This document shows positions 46,513 to 57,181 of a DNA stretch of 64,000 nucleotides, in pieces. The position numbers and the translations under genes were made by a program. The notes under the pieces are model-generated. The model had not been told where the DNA came from and did not search any database. It saw only the letters and a list, made by a program, of their open reading frames with translations. Numbering within the stretch: the stretch's first letter is position 1; each line of letters begins with the position of its first letter. Location of the stretch: the sequence record PQ741806.1; one strand, written 5' to 3'.

Positions 46513-48142
46513 ATTTAGGATTGATTTGAGCAGGTTGAGCTACAGGATGTTGATACGGTTGCATGTTAACCGGCTGACCACTACTGTTTAGAATGTTTTG
46601 TTGAGTCTTAGTTGGGATAACATTCTTAACAAGATAGGTAAGGTCATTAGAGATCATAGCCGGTGCAGATGCATCCCGAGTAATGACTGGACTAAACAGA
46701 CTATCAATGAAGGTCGGTGCGATGAATCGTTCTACCGATTCATGATTTAGACTGATATCAATAACAGTATCACCAGCTAAGTCAGAGTGCATGGAAATTT
46801 TAAACGGAATCTGGTTACCATAAGAGATACTGTTAATCGCATCGGTAATAAGACGACGTTCAAAGTCATTAATCTGTGGAGTCATATCAATTCCATCCAT
46901 GATACTCCTGGTACCATTTGGATGCATTTCGAATAGATAGTTATTCGCTCCATGTCCATTTGTAATTGCAAAGGAGGTTACCCGGAAATAGTTATCCATC
47001 ATGATTGCTGGAACTACTTGTGCAAGTAGAGATGCTGCAACAGTGTGATGATCTGCACCACCCCAATGCATGGAATGCTCTGCTCGGTTAACGAAGCGTT
47101 GAGAATTACCATTATCCATACCAGCTTTAACTACACCATCAACCAGTAGTTCAGGGAATACTCGTTGTAGGTCAGCCAGTGTAACAAAGCCACGTTCCAT
47201 GTAATTGCAGCGTTCTTTTAGAATGCGCATGAACATATTGGAATGGATATCTTGATTTCGAAGTACAGCTGATGCATCACCTAGCATCACTTCATCAGAG
47301 ACACCTCCAAAGATATTATCGTTATCATTATTAGCCATCTCAGCTTCTTTAACAGAATGCTGCCATGCATTAAGAGTACTAGATAGATAACGAGTAGGAG
47401 AAGTATCACGGCGATTTGAATATTGGAAAGTACCTGCTTCACCAACACTGGAACGTTGATCAATGATCCGGTCAAATACACCTTGATGTAGTCCAGTTGA
47501 TTCAATGCGTTTAGCTACTTGCATCGTTTGCTGAATCTGGAAAACATCTTCTGGCCGTTGGAGATATGATGAAGTTCCAGTATACATGCTAAACCCGTTC
47601 TGAGGGATAGTAATATCACTCATGATATCGACGGGTGCAAGGATCTGGTTAGAACCTAGGATATGTGCTTGTTTAACCACACCAAACTCAGTTGGTCGTT
47701 GACGCTCTACAATAACAGTTTCACTATTAAAATAGATACGCATGTTAGGATCTAGACTATTGCTAAGCGGACTAATAGAGCAATGGTCAGAGCAACCAAA
47801 TAGAATCCGGCAAGTACGGGTATTACCAAAGAAACGGTTATTCTCCCATACTTTCATCATGAACCTAAACCGGCGTTCACCCCAACCATTGACGATAGGG
47901 ACTTCGCCTTGAGTTTGAGCACGTGGTGCGATCACATCAGCTGCAATTTGCTGTACAGCTGCAACACCTAGATTACGACCATCATTAGTTGCTTCTTTTA
48001 AACGTTCAATAGAGTTCTCAGTGACCTCTACAGTAAATGGTCGAACATGTTCAGGTTGATAAGTACCAGTTTGTACTAGAATGAATGATTCAATCTGTAC
48101 TTCAGTATTACCGCCCATTGCTGAATTATTAAAACCTAACAT
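46469..48142 (-). CDS. picA: Phage nucleus protein-import factor PicA/Imp1 (gp69)
   Basis: 557-aa gene immediately after gp68 in the conserved chimallivirus block; identification rests mainly on synteny. Confidence 0.8.
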   Translation of the reverse strand: MLGFNNSAMGGNTEVQIESFILVQTGTYQPEHVRPFTVEVTENSIERLKEATNDGRNLGVAAVQQIAADVIAPRAQTQGEVPIVNGWGERRFRFMMKVWENNRFFGNTRTCRILFGCSDHCSISPLSNSLDPNMRIYFNSETVIVERQRPTEFGVVKQAHILGSNQILAPVDIMSDITIPQNGFSMYTGTSSYLQRPEDVFQIQQTMQVAKRIESTGLHQGVFDRIIDQRSSVGEAGTFQYSNRRDTSPTRYLSSTLNAWQHSVKEAEMANNDNDNIFGGVSDEVMLGDASAVLRNQDIHSNMFMRILKERCNYMERGFVTLADLQRVFPELLVDGVVKAGMDNGNSQRFVNRAEHSMHWGGADHHTVAASLLAQVVPAIMMDNYFRVTSFAITNGHGANNYLFEMHPNGTRSIMDGIDMTPQINDFERRLITDAINSISYGNQIPFKISMHSDLAGDTVIDISLNHESVERFIAPTFIDSLFSPVITRDASAPAMISNDLTYLVKNVIPTKTQQNILNSSGQPVNMQPYQHPVAQPAQINPKFGDNNAYDFSFQVL

Positions 48143-48158
48143 AGAACTACCTCAATTA

Positions 48159-49724
48159 TTACTGATTAAGTTTACCCAGATGAATTACCAGTTCGGTGAT
48201 CACCGACTTAATTGTGGCCGGTACAACAAGGACTTTATTCTGAGTTACCTGTTCTGCTTCTTTGAATAAACGATCGGGTCCATGATAGATCCAGTTACTA
48301 GATCTAATGGATGCATGTGCAGATTGCACAGCAATGCCCGCAATATTTACAGGTGCTACTGGAACACCGTTAATAGCTCGTTGTTGTCGCTGATGTGGAT
48401 AAAGTTCATCCATCACATCCTTATATTTAATTTGAATACGTGTACTATTACGTGGTTGAATGGACATTGCATGTTCACCACTATAATACAACTCTACTTG
48501 CATAAATACAGCAACTTGTTGGAAACCCCAATGCCACATTAGTGACTGAGCTGCTGCCAACAAATGGTTAACTGCATTTTTATTAATGTGGCTGAATGCT
48601 CTTGCAGGGAAAGCTTTGTGCATCACCCATTGTGCAAGTAATATCTGGTGTGGATAGATATCTTTAGTAGCTGTAACTGCAACGCAATCTAGACATTCCT
48701 GAATTAACTCTACTGGGACAGTGTCATCGATTTTGTGAACCAGTTTAACTACATCAAGAGCATCTAAGTTATAAGCTACGATATCACCAGGAGTAACTCG
48801 CTGTTTAGTTTTATGCGATTCGATAAATGATGTTTTATCATCATCATCAATACCACCTTTATCTGGCCGTTTATCATTAACCCGGTCAGCAGTTGATCGT
48901 TCAGCAGGGTTTAGATTTGACTTAACATATCTAAACATATTTGAAACGATGGAATGTGAGGTGGCATCGTTTAATGGTAGGATGGTTAATCGCCTAACCA
49001 TAACTTTAGCCTGTAAGATATCCGGCACTTCAGCTGAACTCATACCTCTATAAAGGTTGGCTAAGGTGGGTGCTTCATCTTCTACACAAAACTTAACATA
49101 TGCACTTAGCTTATCATAAGCTGTTTCTACTGGAGTTCCATCGATTGATATTTCATCAACAGGCCAATGGTTAACCTCACAATCCGAGATGAGACTAATT
49201 ACTTCACACTCTTTATGCATTTCCTGAGAAGTGCCCTGATCAATAAACTCGCCCCAAATAGGTACTAAAGGACGAAGAGCTAGTGATACAGATGCAAGGT
49301 TAATATAGTCATGTTTCAGATATGTTTGATCTGGTCGATTATATCGTGAATCATCAGTGATAACTTCTTCAATATCTACTGGAATATAAAGTTTACCAAT
49401 AGTTAGTAGCCATCGCCGAAAACTGTTCATCGGCATGGCTTTATACATCTCTTTGATGTAATAGGATAGACTCATTGCAATCCTCATCGGATCCATAGCC
49501 ATATCCATGATCTTACGAATTTCTACATAACAATTCCAGATATGTTGTTGTGTCTCAGCACTTAGGCCACTCCAATAATCATTGATTTCTTGGAATACGC
49601 GTTGTTGATCTTGTACACGGATTTTACTATAAGCCGTAGTTGTCCAAGTTAAACGTTTACCATTGTGTTCTGTAGCCACTTCAGTAAAACCAGTACCTTG
49701 AACTCCTGTAACGATGATTTGCAT
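48159..49724 (-). CDS. nvRNAP sigma-like promoter-specificity subunit (gp68)
   Basis: Recognised N-terminus MQIIVTGVQGTGFTEVATEHNG; GAGG RBS before ATG 49724. Confidence 0.85.
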   Translation of the reverse strand: MQIIVTGVQGTGFTEVATEHNGKRLTWTTTAYSKIRVQDQQRVFQEINDYWSGLSAETQQHIWNCYVEIRKIMDMAMDPMRIAMSLSYYIKEMYKAMPMNSFRRWLLTIGKLYIPVDIEEVITDDSRYNRPDQTYLKHDYINLASVSLALRPLVPIWGEFIDQGTSQEMHKECEVISLISDCEVNHWPVDEISIDGTPVETAYDKLSAYVKFCVEDEAPTLANLYRGMSSAEVPDILQAKVMVRRLTILPLNDATSHSIVSNMFRYVKSNLNPAERSTADRVNDKRPDKGGIDDDDKTSFIESHKTKQRVTPGDIVAYNLDALDVVKLVHKIDDTVPVELIQECLDCVAVTATKDIYPHQILLAQWVMHKAFPARAFSHINKNAVNHLLAAAQSLMWHWGFQQVAVFMQVELYYSGEHAMSIQPRNSTRIQIKYKDVMDELYPHQRQQRAINGVPVAPVNIAGIAVQSAHASIRSSNWIYHGPDRLFKEAEQVTQNKVLVVPATIKSVITELVIHLGKLNQ

Positions 49725-49757
49725 TTTAACCTCTTTTACCAATGTAGATACATGTTA

Positions 49758-49778
49758 GTAATATAGATCTCAAATTTT
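49758..49778 (-). promoter_or_regulatory. Early promoter AAAATTTGAGATCTATATTAC upstream of gp68
   Basis: Exact TATATTAC; near-identical to the chimallin promoter. Confidence 0.85.
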
Positions 49779-49849
49779 TTTTAGTATAACGGTATTTAGT
49801 GCTGAGGGCATATCGGTGCCTACTTCGAGAGTAAGCACCGAAATATGTT

Positions 49850-50590
49850 TTAGAAGGAAGGCATATCCTCATCAAAAGCTGAGTCATTATAACTATTATT
49901 AGCCGGCTTAGCATAACTATTATTGCCACCGTTGTTATAGTTATTGCGCTGACCCCCGTTATTGTAACCACCGCTATTACCATTACCCTGATTGAAATTA
50001 GCAGGGTTAGATACACCTTTAGCATCTGGATCGAATTCAGTTACTAGAAGATGCATTACTAGTTTATATGCGGGGTCTAGGAAACCGTATGCATAAGCAT
50101 CAGACATTTCCTTAGGTGATAGCTGACTACCATCTGCTTTGCGGATATCATGGAATTGGGACGGGCCAAAGAAGAATTTGATCTTTGGACGATCAGGTTG
50201 AGTGCTCAGCACTGCGATGTAAATTCGACCATCTTGTGCACGGCCAACATGTAGCTTAGAAAGCTCAATAAAATTATCACGCTTTTTACCAGCTACGAAG
50301 TTATTGCGGTAAACAAAGACGCGTTCAGTATCTTCAGTTTTACCTTCAATTAAGTCCATTGCAAACTTAATGAAACATGCAAAGGTTGCTAGGTCAGTAT
50401 TGAACTCAATTTTACCATGGTCTTTATCACCAGGTACATTAGTACGAACAGTAACCCGTGGTTGGTTTTTAAACAGACCAAATCGTAGCGTCGGTCGTTT
50501 TTGAGAACCCTCACATGGTTTAGCATGTAGCCAAGTATTCATTACGTTAAAAGGGTTAACTACGGGTGCATTAGGCTGCTGTTGTGACAT
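49850..50590 (-). CDS. chmC: Nucleus-associated RNA-binding protein ChmC/Imp6 (gp67)
   Basis: Position before gp68/gp69; N/G-rich disordered tail followed by an acidic SSB-like tip (FDEDMPSF). Confidence 0.8.
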   Translation of the reverse strand: MSQQQPNAPVVNPFNVMNTWLHAKPCEGSQKRPTLRFGLFKNQPRVTVRTNVPGDKDHGKIEFNTDLATFACFIKFAMDLIEGKTEDTERVFVYRNNFVAGKKRDNFIELSKLHVGRAQDGRIYIAVLSTQPDRPKIKFFFGPSQFHDIRKADGSQLSPKEMSDAYAYGFLDPAYKLVMHLLVTEFDPDAKGVSNPANFNQGNGNSGGYNNGGQRNNYNNGGNNSYAKPANNSYNDSAFDEDMPSF

Positions 50591-50676
50591 GATGTGATAA
50601 CTCCAAATTAAAACTAGATTCTTTTAACTAGATGGGAAATGATTTCTACGTAATATTATCGCAACAAGTATTTCTT

Positions 50677-51507
50677 CTATTTGAATTTCTTGTATGCTTC
50701 TTTTAACTCTTTAGAACCATAAGCAGTAATGTCATGATGAACTTTATCTGGTGTTGTTAATCCTGTCCATTTTCTAGATTGTGCCAATTGTTTTAATTGC
50801 GCACGAATAGCTTTGTCTTGTGGTTCAAGTAATTGTTTATCGCCAAATATCTGTATAGCAAATGATGTAAAAGGAAATGGAGTATCTTCTTTTAAACCAT
50901 TTAGTTTAGTATACCACATGTTGTATGTCTTTATTTTACCCGTATGGGATTCCAATAAAAGAAGTCTATTAAAATGGGGTTTCCATAATAGTTCATGTGG
51001 GAAATGGGTTAATAGTAAAACAGTACCTTCAACCTTTGGAGGTTTATTAGATATTTCCATTGTAGTTAAATCTGTATCTTTTAACTTCTGGTATAGTTCA
51101 ATTGATACAAATCGTTCATAAACATCATAAGCTAATTGTTGCGGTGTTCGTGATACTTTAAATGTAGCTTTAGGGAATAACCACTTCACTGCATCTCGAC
51201 CAGTAATGTAATATTTTACAGTTGCTTTTATCCCCGATTGCCGTAAAGCAACCGGGATTGTTTGTGCTTCTTGAAATAAAACATCGACTGCTGCAACCAA
51301 GTTAATATTAGTTTGTTGTTCAGACTTCATAGCCTGCCACATATTTCTTGCAAGAGTACGGACATTAATCCATATTTCTTTAATAGACTTAACATCAGTT
51401 GGTTGTCTAGGCTTTTGTGGATGTGTTCCTATAAGCCCTTCGAGAGCAAAAGAAGTTCCAATGCTAATCGGAATATTAGCACCTACATCTCTCTCGATAA
51501 TATCCAT
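50677..51507 (-). CDS. Conserved core hypothetical protein (gp66-like)
   Basis: ORF track; synteny. Confidence 0.7.
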   Translation of the reverse strand: MDIIERDVGANIPISIGTSFALEGLIGTHPQKPRQPTDVKSIKEIWINVRTLARNMWQAMKSEQQTNINLVAAVDVLFQEAQTIPVALRQSGIKATVKYYITGRDAVKWLFPKATFKVSRTPQQLAYDVYERFVSIELYQKLKDTDLTTMEISNKPPKVEGTVLLLTHFPHELLWKPHFNRLLLLESHTGKIKTYNMWYTKLNGLKEDTPFPFTSFAIQIFGDKQLLEPQDKAIRAQLKQLAQSRKWTGLTTPDKVHHDITAYGSKELKEAYKKFK

Positions 51508-51519
51508 TATTATTGCCTT

Positions 51520-52686
51520 TTATTTGAACTCTGTCAATAATCCCAATACCCGCTGGATCTGAGCAGCGTCCGCTGTAAATTTTTCAATATCTGGAATAAT
51601 TAAATCAGAAATACTTTCTGGAGTTATATCCAAAAATTCTGATAAATCAAAATTCTTTAGGCTATCTGACACAGTATTTTTCTTTGTAGTAACTTTTTCA
51701 ATTAAGATACTCCATGAAAAATTAGGATATTCATTTTGAAATGTATCGAGATCACCAGTAACTACATCACCTGGATTACATCTTAACCTAATTGCAGAGT
51801 TAGTTGGTAGTGTCTTGATATGTTCTTTAACAGTGTAATTAAGTTGCTTAGTATCCATTCCATGGACATTCAAAGTATCATATCTACGCGCACCCTTATT
51901 CTCAAGGAATGTAGCAGTCCATTCGCCATTTTCTTTCACCACAACATCAAATAATCCTTTTGGAATTTCATCGTTGTGACTTAATCGGTCAAATCCACCG
52001 GCAGCTAAAATGCGTTCATAGATAGACATCTCATGAACATGTCCACCATTGATCATATATTTAGTTAATGCTAAATATTCATCTGGATCATGTGTTGGCT
52101 CTTCAACAATGCTAGGTAGCTGGTGTTTAAATGCACCATGTAAAATAGTAAAGTCAACTTGAGATATACCTTTCTTATGCATTAAATCTTTTACTTGATT
52201 TAAAGTCTCTGATGTGGATGGATTCCATTTATCAGGGACATAAAGGAAATATGCATCTAGTTTCTCAATATACTCGATATCGAGAATCTTTGAATAATGC
52301 AAATCAACTTTAATATTAGCATTATTCTTTTGTTCTACGAAAAACTGCATTTGCCCACGATCGTGTGATGGAGTCCCTTCAACAATACGGATCATTACAT
52401 TATACATTTCACATTTGTAGAGAAGTATTGTAATAAATCTATCAATTGCGTATGCAGCTGGATCACCATTGTTTAATTGGCGATCAAATAAATCCCCTGT
52501 AATAATCAACATATCAATATCTTTTAAAATTGTATCAGGGACAGTTTTCCAAAAGTTATTGATGATTAATTCAGTAGGGGTTTGGCGATGCCCCATATGG
52601 ACATCGCCTACTGTTAAATATCGAAATATGCCAGGTTTCTTTGTTTTATCAGTCTTCATATTCGTCACCGTAAACACATTCATCAT
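51520..52686 (-). CDS. SbcD/Mre11-like metallophosphoesterase nuclease (gp65-like)
   Basis: Motifs GDVHMG, ITGDLFD, GTPSHD, LHG, GGHVH. Confidence 0.85.
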   Translation of the reverse strand: MMNVFTVTNMKTDKTKKPGIFRYLTVGDVHMGHRQTPTELIINNFWKTVPDTILKDIDMLIITGDLFDRQLNNGDPAAYAIDRFITILLYKCEMYNVMIRIVEGTPSHDRGQMQFFVEQKNNANIKVDLHYSKILDIEYIEKLDAYFLYVPDKWNPSTSETLNQVKDLMHKKGISQVDFTILHGAFKHQLPSIVEEPTHDPDEYLALTKYMINGGHVHEMSIYERILAAGGFDRLSHNDEIPKGLFDVVVKENGEWTATFLENKGARRYDTLNVHGMDTKQLNYTVKEHIKTLPTNSAIRLRCNPGDVVTGDLDTFQNEYPNFSWSILIEKVTTKKNTVSDSLKNFDLSEFLDITPESISDLIIPDIEKFTADAAQIQRVLGLLTEFK

Positions 52687-53257
52687 TCTCAGGTGTATCT
52701 ACTTGCACACCTCCAGATTTAGATGAAGATGCATTCGGTAACTCATATAACGGAGTACCATCAGTATTTTTTAATACCCGACCATATGCTGCTAAGATTT
52801 GGATTAACACTTGTAGAAGTTGTTTTTCTAATGGTTCATTATAAATACACCGCTCTAGGAATTGAGCCGCTTCTTTAGCAAACCCACCACGTGGATTACG
52901 GTTATGTTCTTTATTATAATAATCCATTACGTTAGAAATGCTAGCAACATTCTCACCAGATGAGATTGCAACACTTGGACGAGGATAGAGTGCTGGAACT
53001 GTAAAAAGCACAACTGCTTCTTTGGTATTTACACTTGCTACGCGTAACGGATTTGATAGCTCACGAACATATTTACGATATTCATCTAATGCACCAGGTG
53101 CCCATGGACATTCAAGTAACGGTAATATATTCTTTACAAAAACGTCCTCATGAACAATAGGTGTCTCTTTCTGATGAATGTTAACCATGGCTTGCATTGC
53201 ATCCATGATCATGTTATCGCTATCTGTAACTCTAGTGTTCGGTTCCGGAGTTGCCAT
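52649..53257 (-). CDS. Conserved hypothetical protein (gp64-like)
   Basis: ORF track 52649-53281; likely start MATPEP at 53257. Confidence 0.7.
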   Translation of the reverse strand: MATPEPNTRVTDSDNMIMDAMQAMVNIHQKETPIVHEDVFVKNILPLLECPWAPGALDEYRKYVRELSNPLRVASVNTKEAVVLFTVPALYPRPSVAISSGENVASISNVMDYYNKEHNRNPRGGFAKEAAQFLERCIYNEPLEKQLLQVLIQILAAYGRVLKNTDGTPLYELPNASSSKSGGVQVDTPENDECVYGDEYED

Positions 53258-53789
53258 CTTCTTTACCCATAACTTGTTCAATCTGTTGTTTAGTCAGAGT
53301 AGTGATGATATTAAAACGAGCTTCTTCTTTATTTTCCATTAGTTGAGGATTACTATTTAGGTAATCAATCAACGCATCGCAGTTTTCAGTAGTGAACTTA
53401 TTAGGCGTTCCAACAGTAGCAAACATATAACCTTTATCACCGCCCTTACGAACAATGACTGATTCCATATGTTCTTTCTGATTAACCCCATCTACTTCAG
53501 CTAGTGAGAATACTGGTTTAGTATCACCATGGATAGCTCGCAATGCGTCATCAACTTCATGCCGAATACTTTCACCCATATTGCAAAGAATATCTGCAAG
53601 AACTCGACTAACGCGAATATTAAATGTTGCAGTTTCTTCAGCTTTAGCTTTTACCAATTGTTGGAAAGCCTCATCTACAACATTAGCATGTTTTGTTAGA
53701 TTCCTAACTGTTACTTCTAGCATATGAATTCGTTTTAATAGCATGGAGTTCATAGCTTCGCTTTCATTTTTCTCAACTTCACTAGTCAT
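53232..53789 (-). CDS. Conserved hypothetical protein (gp63-like)
   Basis: ORF track; N-terminal coiled coil. Confidence 0.7.
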   Translation of the reverse strand: MTSEVEKNESEAMNSMLLKRIHMLEVTVRNLTKHANVVDEAFQQLVKAKAEETATFNIRVSRVLADILCNMGESIRHEVDDALRAIHGDTKPVFSLAEVDGVNQKEHMESVIVRKGGDKGYMFATVGTPNKFTTENCDALIDYLNSNPQLMENKEEARFNIITTLTKQQIEQVMGKEDGNSGTEH

Positions 53790-54227
<438 letters not shown>

Positions 54228-54239
54228 TTAAGTTAAGAT

Positions 54240-54257
54240 GGGAGCCAAATGGCTCCC
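54240..54257 (-). terminator. Terminator GGGAGCCA-AA-TGGCTCCC
   Basis: Perfect inverted repeat; T-rich sequence downstream on the minus strand. Confidence 0.65.
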
Positions 54258-54293
54258 TTTATATTGCTTGATACATACAGTTAAATACTTACA

Positions 54294-54758
54294 TTAACTA
54301 GCATATAAATATTTACTTGCAATTAATTCAATGTGATATACGATAACAGCACCTTCTTTTTTCTTGAGTGTGCTTGTTAAAACGATATCGTGTTCAGTAA
54401 CACATGCATGTACACTAATGGGTTTGGTAGTAATTTCACTACTTGTCCCTGAAAAATGAGTTGTAGCTACATATAACTGGGTATCATCAACTAACCCATT
54501 TGGATCCCTACCAACATGTACAAATGGTGGCCTGCTAGAAACATTAGGATGGTCGTCTTTAATAACAAGATGACCATCTTCAGATGGGTAAGCATAGTCA
54601 TATCCAGTTACATAGATACGTAGAGCGCCATTCTTAAATGCTTCTTTAAGATAAGAATATTCTTCAAAATTAAAACGAATTGAATCAACCACAGCAGTAG
54701 TTAATTTAAGAATAGGGTGTAGTGGCCTTGATGAGTTATTATTCTTAATTAATAGCAT
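54294..54758 (-). CDS. Hypothetical protein (gp61-like); start moved to 54758
   Basis: AAGGA upstream of ATG 54758; avoids a long overlap with gp60. Confidence 0.65.
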   Translation of the reverse strand: MLLIKNNNSSRPLHPILKLTTAVVDSIRFNFEEYSYLKEAFKNGALRIYVTGYDYAYPSEDGHLVIKDDHPNVSSRPPFVHVGRDPNGLVDDTQLYVATTHFSGTSSEITTKPISVHACVTEHDIVLTSTLKKKEGAVIVYHIELIASKYLYAS

Positions 54759-55080
54759 CGGTATTTTCCTTAACGTAAAAAGCAATATGTGGATGGTTCC
54801 ACAATGGACTCTCATCACAAAAACTATAACTATGTATTTCCTCGCCAGTATCTAATTTAATAGAGACCACTTCACCTTCAATGACTGTGAAAATAAATTT
54901 AGTATCAGGTGAAACATAATCACCAGTTACATAGTCATTATCGGGAAGATACAATAGTCGTGTTTGATTATCGTATTTAAGTTCTATTCCATCTGTACTA
55001 TTAAAGTACATATATCCCGTACCATCTGGACTTTTTTGAAACATCTTTAGTTTATTTGGTACGAGTAGATCAATTGACAT
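54745..55080 (-). CDS. Hypothetical protein (gp60-like)
   Basis: AGGAG RBS; ORF track. Confidence 0.7.
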   Translation of the reverse strand: MSIDLLVPNKLKMFQKSPDGTGYMYFNSTDGIELKYDNQTRLLYLPDNDYVTGDYVSPDTKFIFTVIEGEVVSIKLDTGEEIHSYSFCDESPLWNHPHIAFYVKENTDAIN

Positions 55081-55102
55081 AGATCTCTCCTAAACGATAG
55101 AA

Positions 55103-55125
55103 GAGAGCCCCATGTAGGGACTCTC
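55103..55125. terminator. Imperfect terminator hairpin GAGAGCCCC...AGGGACTCTC
   Basis: Inverted repeat after the gp59 stop. Confidence 0.6.
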
Positions 55126-55131
55126 ATTTAT

Positions 55132-55743
55132 TTAACCTAGAAGATTACCTACGACTGAAGTTGGATCTTCTTCACCTGCGTCCAGATGTTCATCAATAGC
55201 ATTCCACATACGGATGATGTCAACTTTCTCGTGCAGACTAAGTTTACGATCGCTCTTGATATCTTCGTGATAGTTTTTATAACCGAATTCTTTCTTATCG
55301 GTATACATAACTCCATCCATCACGCGGCGATAATCAAACTGTCGTTCACCTACAGCATCACCTTGGATGTTATTATAAGAACCACCATATCCATCAACTT
55401 CATTATTAAGATACATAGTTCTTAGACGCTCATGCGCCATAACCCAACGTTGCATAATTGGACCAGCTGTTTGTAGTTCAGCTAATGTCTCAAGATACAC
55501 AATGTTGTTCGACTGCCATAAGTTATCTTTCTTTGTGGTCAGATTCCGCAGTGCTTGAACAGCAGCTGATTCACTAATCATACTGTACATATTTTGAGCA
55601 GTATTAAAAAAGCTAGCAGCAGCAGTTGACATAGTTGAACGAAGTGCCTGACTACGCTCACCCAACCATTGAGTTGTTTGCTGTGTAAGATGGCCACCTG
55701 CACAGATGTCCAAGAGGTCTACACCATGTGCATCTACAATCAT
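55132..55743 (-). CDS. Conserved core protein, Imp3-like import cofactor (gp59 by synteny)
   Basis: GAGGTG RBS; position count between gp55 and gp65. Confidence 0.6.
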   Translation of the reverse strand: MIVDAHGVDLLDICAGGHLTQQTTQWLGERSQALRSTMSTAAASFFNTAQNMYSMISESAAVQALRNLTTKKDNLWQSNNIVYLETLAELQTAGPIMQRWVMAHERLRTMYLNNEVDGYGGSYNNIQGDAVGERQFDYRRVMDGVMYTDKKEFGYKNYHEDIKSDRKLSLHEKVDIIRMWNAIDEHLDAGEEDPTSVVGNLLG

Positions 55744-55751
55744 TATACACC

Positions 55752-56177
55752 TCAGTTATTGGCCGTATATGACCAGCATAGATTAAACGGATGTTGCATA
55801 GGTAAGTTAAATGTATTTAGTTCCTGACCGATCCAATTGACAGCTTTTGTAACACCTTCAACAGTTACAGTTAATTCAACATGGATATCATGTTCAGGTG
55901 CAGTCACCACAATAGTGATTGGATCATCATGTTTAATACGGAATCCAAACTTAGGATGATGGAATCCAGTATATTCACCTTTAGTATTTTCTAGAATACA
56001 TTCAAATAGATTAGTTTCTTTATTAAGTTTAAATGTAACTAGTTTATCTGAATCTTTAAGTAAACCATTATCCCCAAATACATTGAATCGATAATGCTTA
56101 TGGCAGATACCAAGTGTTTTTGGTACATCATGGGAATTATCGATTTGCTTAGTACATTCGTTGCATTTACTATTCAT
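55752..56177 (-). CDS. Hypothetical protein (gp58-like)
   Basis: ORF track; N-terminal CxxC...CxxH. Confidence 0.7.
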   Translation of the reverse strand: MNSKCNECTKQIDNSHDVPKTLGICHKHYRFNVFGDNGLLKDSDKLVTFKLNKETNLFECILENTKGEYTGFHHPKFGFRIKHDDPITIVVTAPEHDIHVELTVTVEGVTKAVNWIGQELNTFNLPMQHPFNLCWSYTANN

Positions 56178-56189
56178 CTTTATTTACCT

Positions 56190-56573
56190 TTAATAGATTT
56201 GTTTATCAAAAGAACAATTGATTGGAATAGTGATAACTTCATTAGTAATTACATGTTTACCTGTCTTTTTAAAGAATTGGGCAAATTTTGAAGTAGCTGG
56301 AATTACAAAGGTATCATCCCGATCATTATTTGACATATTGTACAGAGTAAATTTACCGTCTAAATCAAACCTAATTTGCCATTCAATATCACGTACTTTG
56401 AAATCTATACCAAACCTTAAGTGATCATCAATTAATTCAGAACCACCGTATACATACGCTCCAGTGAAATTCCAATTAATTTCTGCGAATTGGAAAGTTA
56501 CAGGATGTTCGCCATATTCATCTTGTATGTAGTAACCATCATGGGCTTTCCAATAGATAACTAAATCATGCAT
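56190..56573 (-). CDS. Hypothetical protein (gp57-like)
   Basis: GAGG RBS; ORF track. Confidence 0.7.
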   Translation of the reverse strand: MHDLVIYWKAHDGYYIQDEYGEHPVTFQFAEINWNFTGAYVYGGSELIDDHLRFGIDFKVRDIEWQIRFDLDGKFTLYNMSNNDRDDTFVIPATSKFAQFFKKTGKHVITNEVITIPINCSFDKQIY

Positions 56574-56633
56574 ACTACCAGCCTCAAAGAATTAATAGGT
56601 GGATTCAAACTCCCCTATTAATTTATTTTGCTT

Positions 56634-56822
56634 TTAATCATTAAGCTTAGATATCATTTCGACATATGCATCGACAAACCTTCTGTTTACCACTACATCA
56701 CCATTCCCGCGAGTAATATATCTCTTAGTGAATACGGCTACCGATCTGGCTTCACGTTCATCTCGTTCGACTTGTGATAAACATTCCGGGTTACGTCGAA
56801 TAATTTCACGAATATTAGACAT
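56634..56822 (-). CDS. Small early hypothetical protein (62 aa)
   Basis: AAGGGG RBS; behind the promoter at 56854. Confidence 0.7.
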   Translation of the reverse strand: MSNIREIIRRNPECLSQVERDEREARSVAVFTKRYITRGNGDVVVNRRFVDAYVEMISKLND

Positions 56823-56853
56823 TGGGTATTCCCCTTATCACTATTGCATCTTA

Positions 56854-56872
56854 GTGATATAAATCTGAAATT
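56854..56872 (-). promoter_or_regulatory. Early-type promoter AATTTCAGATTTATATCAC
   Basis: AGAT(T)TATATCAC variant of the early motif. Confidence 0.65.
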
Positions 56873-56926
56873 AAATCCAGTGGAACTTTACATCCATAGT
56901 TAGGCGCTGCCATAACAGGAAATAAA

Positions 56927-56952
56927 GCCCCTACTACATAAGTGGTAGGGGC
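56927..56952 (-). terminator. Terminator GCCCCTACTAC-ATAA-GTGGTAGGGGC after the beta-prime gene
   Basis: 11-bp stem followed by TTTATTT on the minus strand. Confidence 0.85.
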
Positions 56953-56962
56953 AAGTTTATTA

Positions 56963-57181
56963 TTACGACTTCAACCACTCTTCTAATGGTGGTAAATACT
57001 TCTCATGCGCCCAGTTAATAATCGTTTCTACAACAGGACCCTGTAATTCAAGGTTACCTGAGATTTCATGTGGTTCATCAATAGATAGAACCCATGTATG
57101 TGGAGCAATGCGTTCAGTTGCTTTAGTTAAATACACATCAGGCATTAACGTTAAATTCAATTGATCGCCGTCAAAATCCGC
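56963..57181 (-). CDS. nvRNAP catalytic beta-prime subunit, exon 3 (gp56.1 part): ADFDGDQLNLTLMPD...
   Basis: Starts GCG GAT TTT GAC GGC GAT; completes NADFDGD with the AAT ending exon 2. Confidence 0.92.
   Translation of the reverse strand, partial: ADFDGDQLNLTLMPDVYLTKATERIAPHTWVLSIDEPHEISGNLELQGPVVETIINWAHEKYLPPLEEWLKS

Noticed and set aside
49726-50025. 99-aa minus-strand ORF overlapping ChmC
   Set aside because: Alternate-frame reading of the AAT/AAC-rich tail; crosses an early promoter
56851-56913. 20-codon ORF MAAPNYGCKV... containing GCGCCTAA, like the intron 2 target
   Set aside because: An 8-bp match is expected by chance; no RBS; overlaps the promoter
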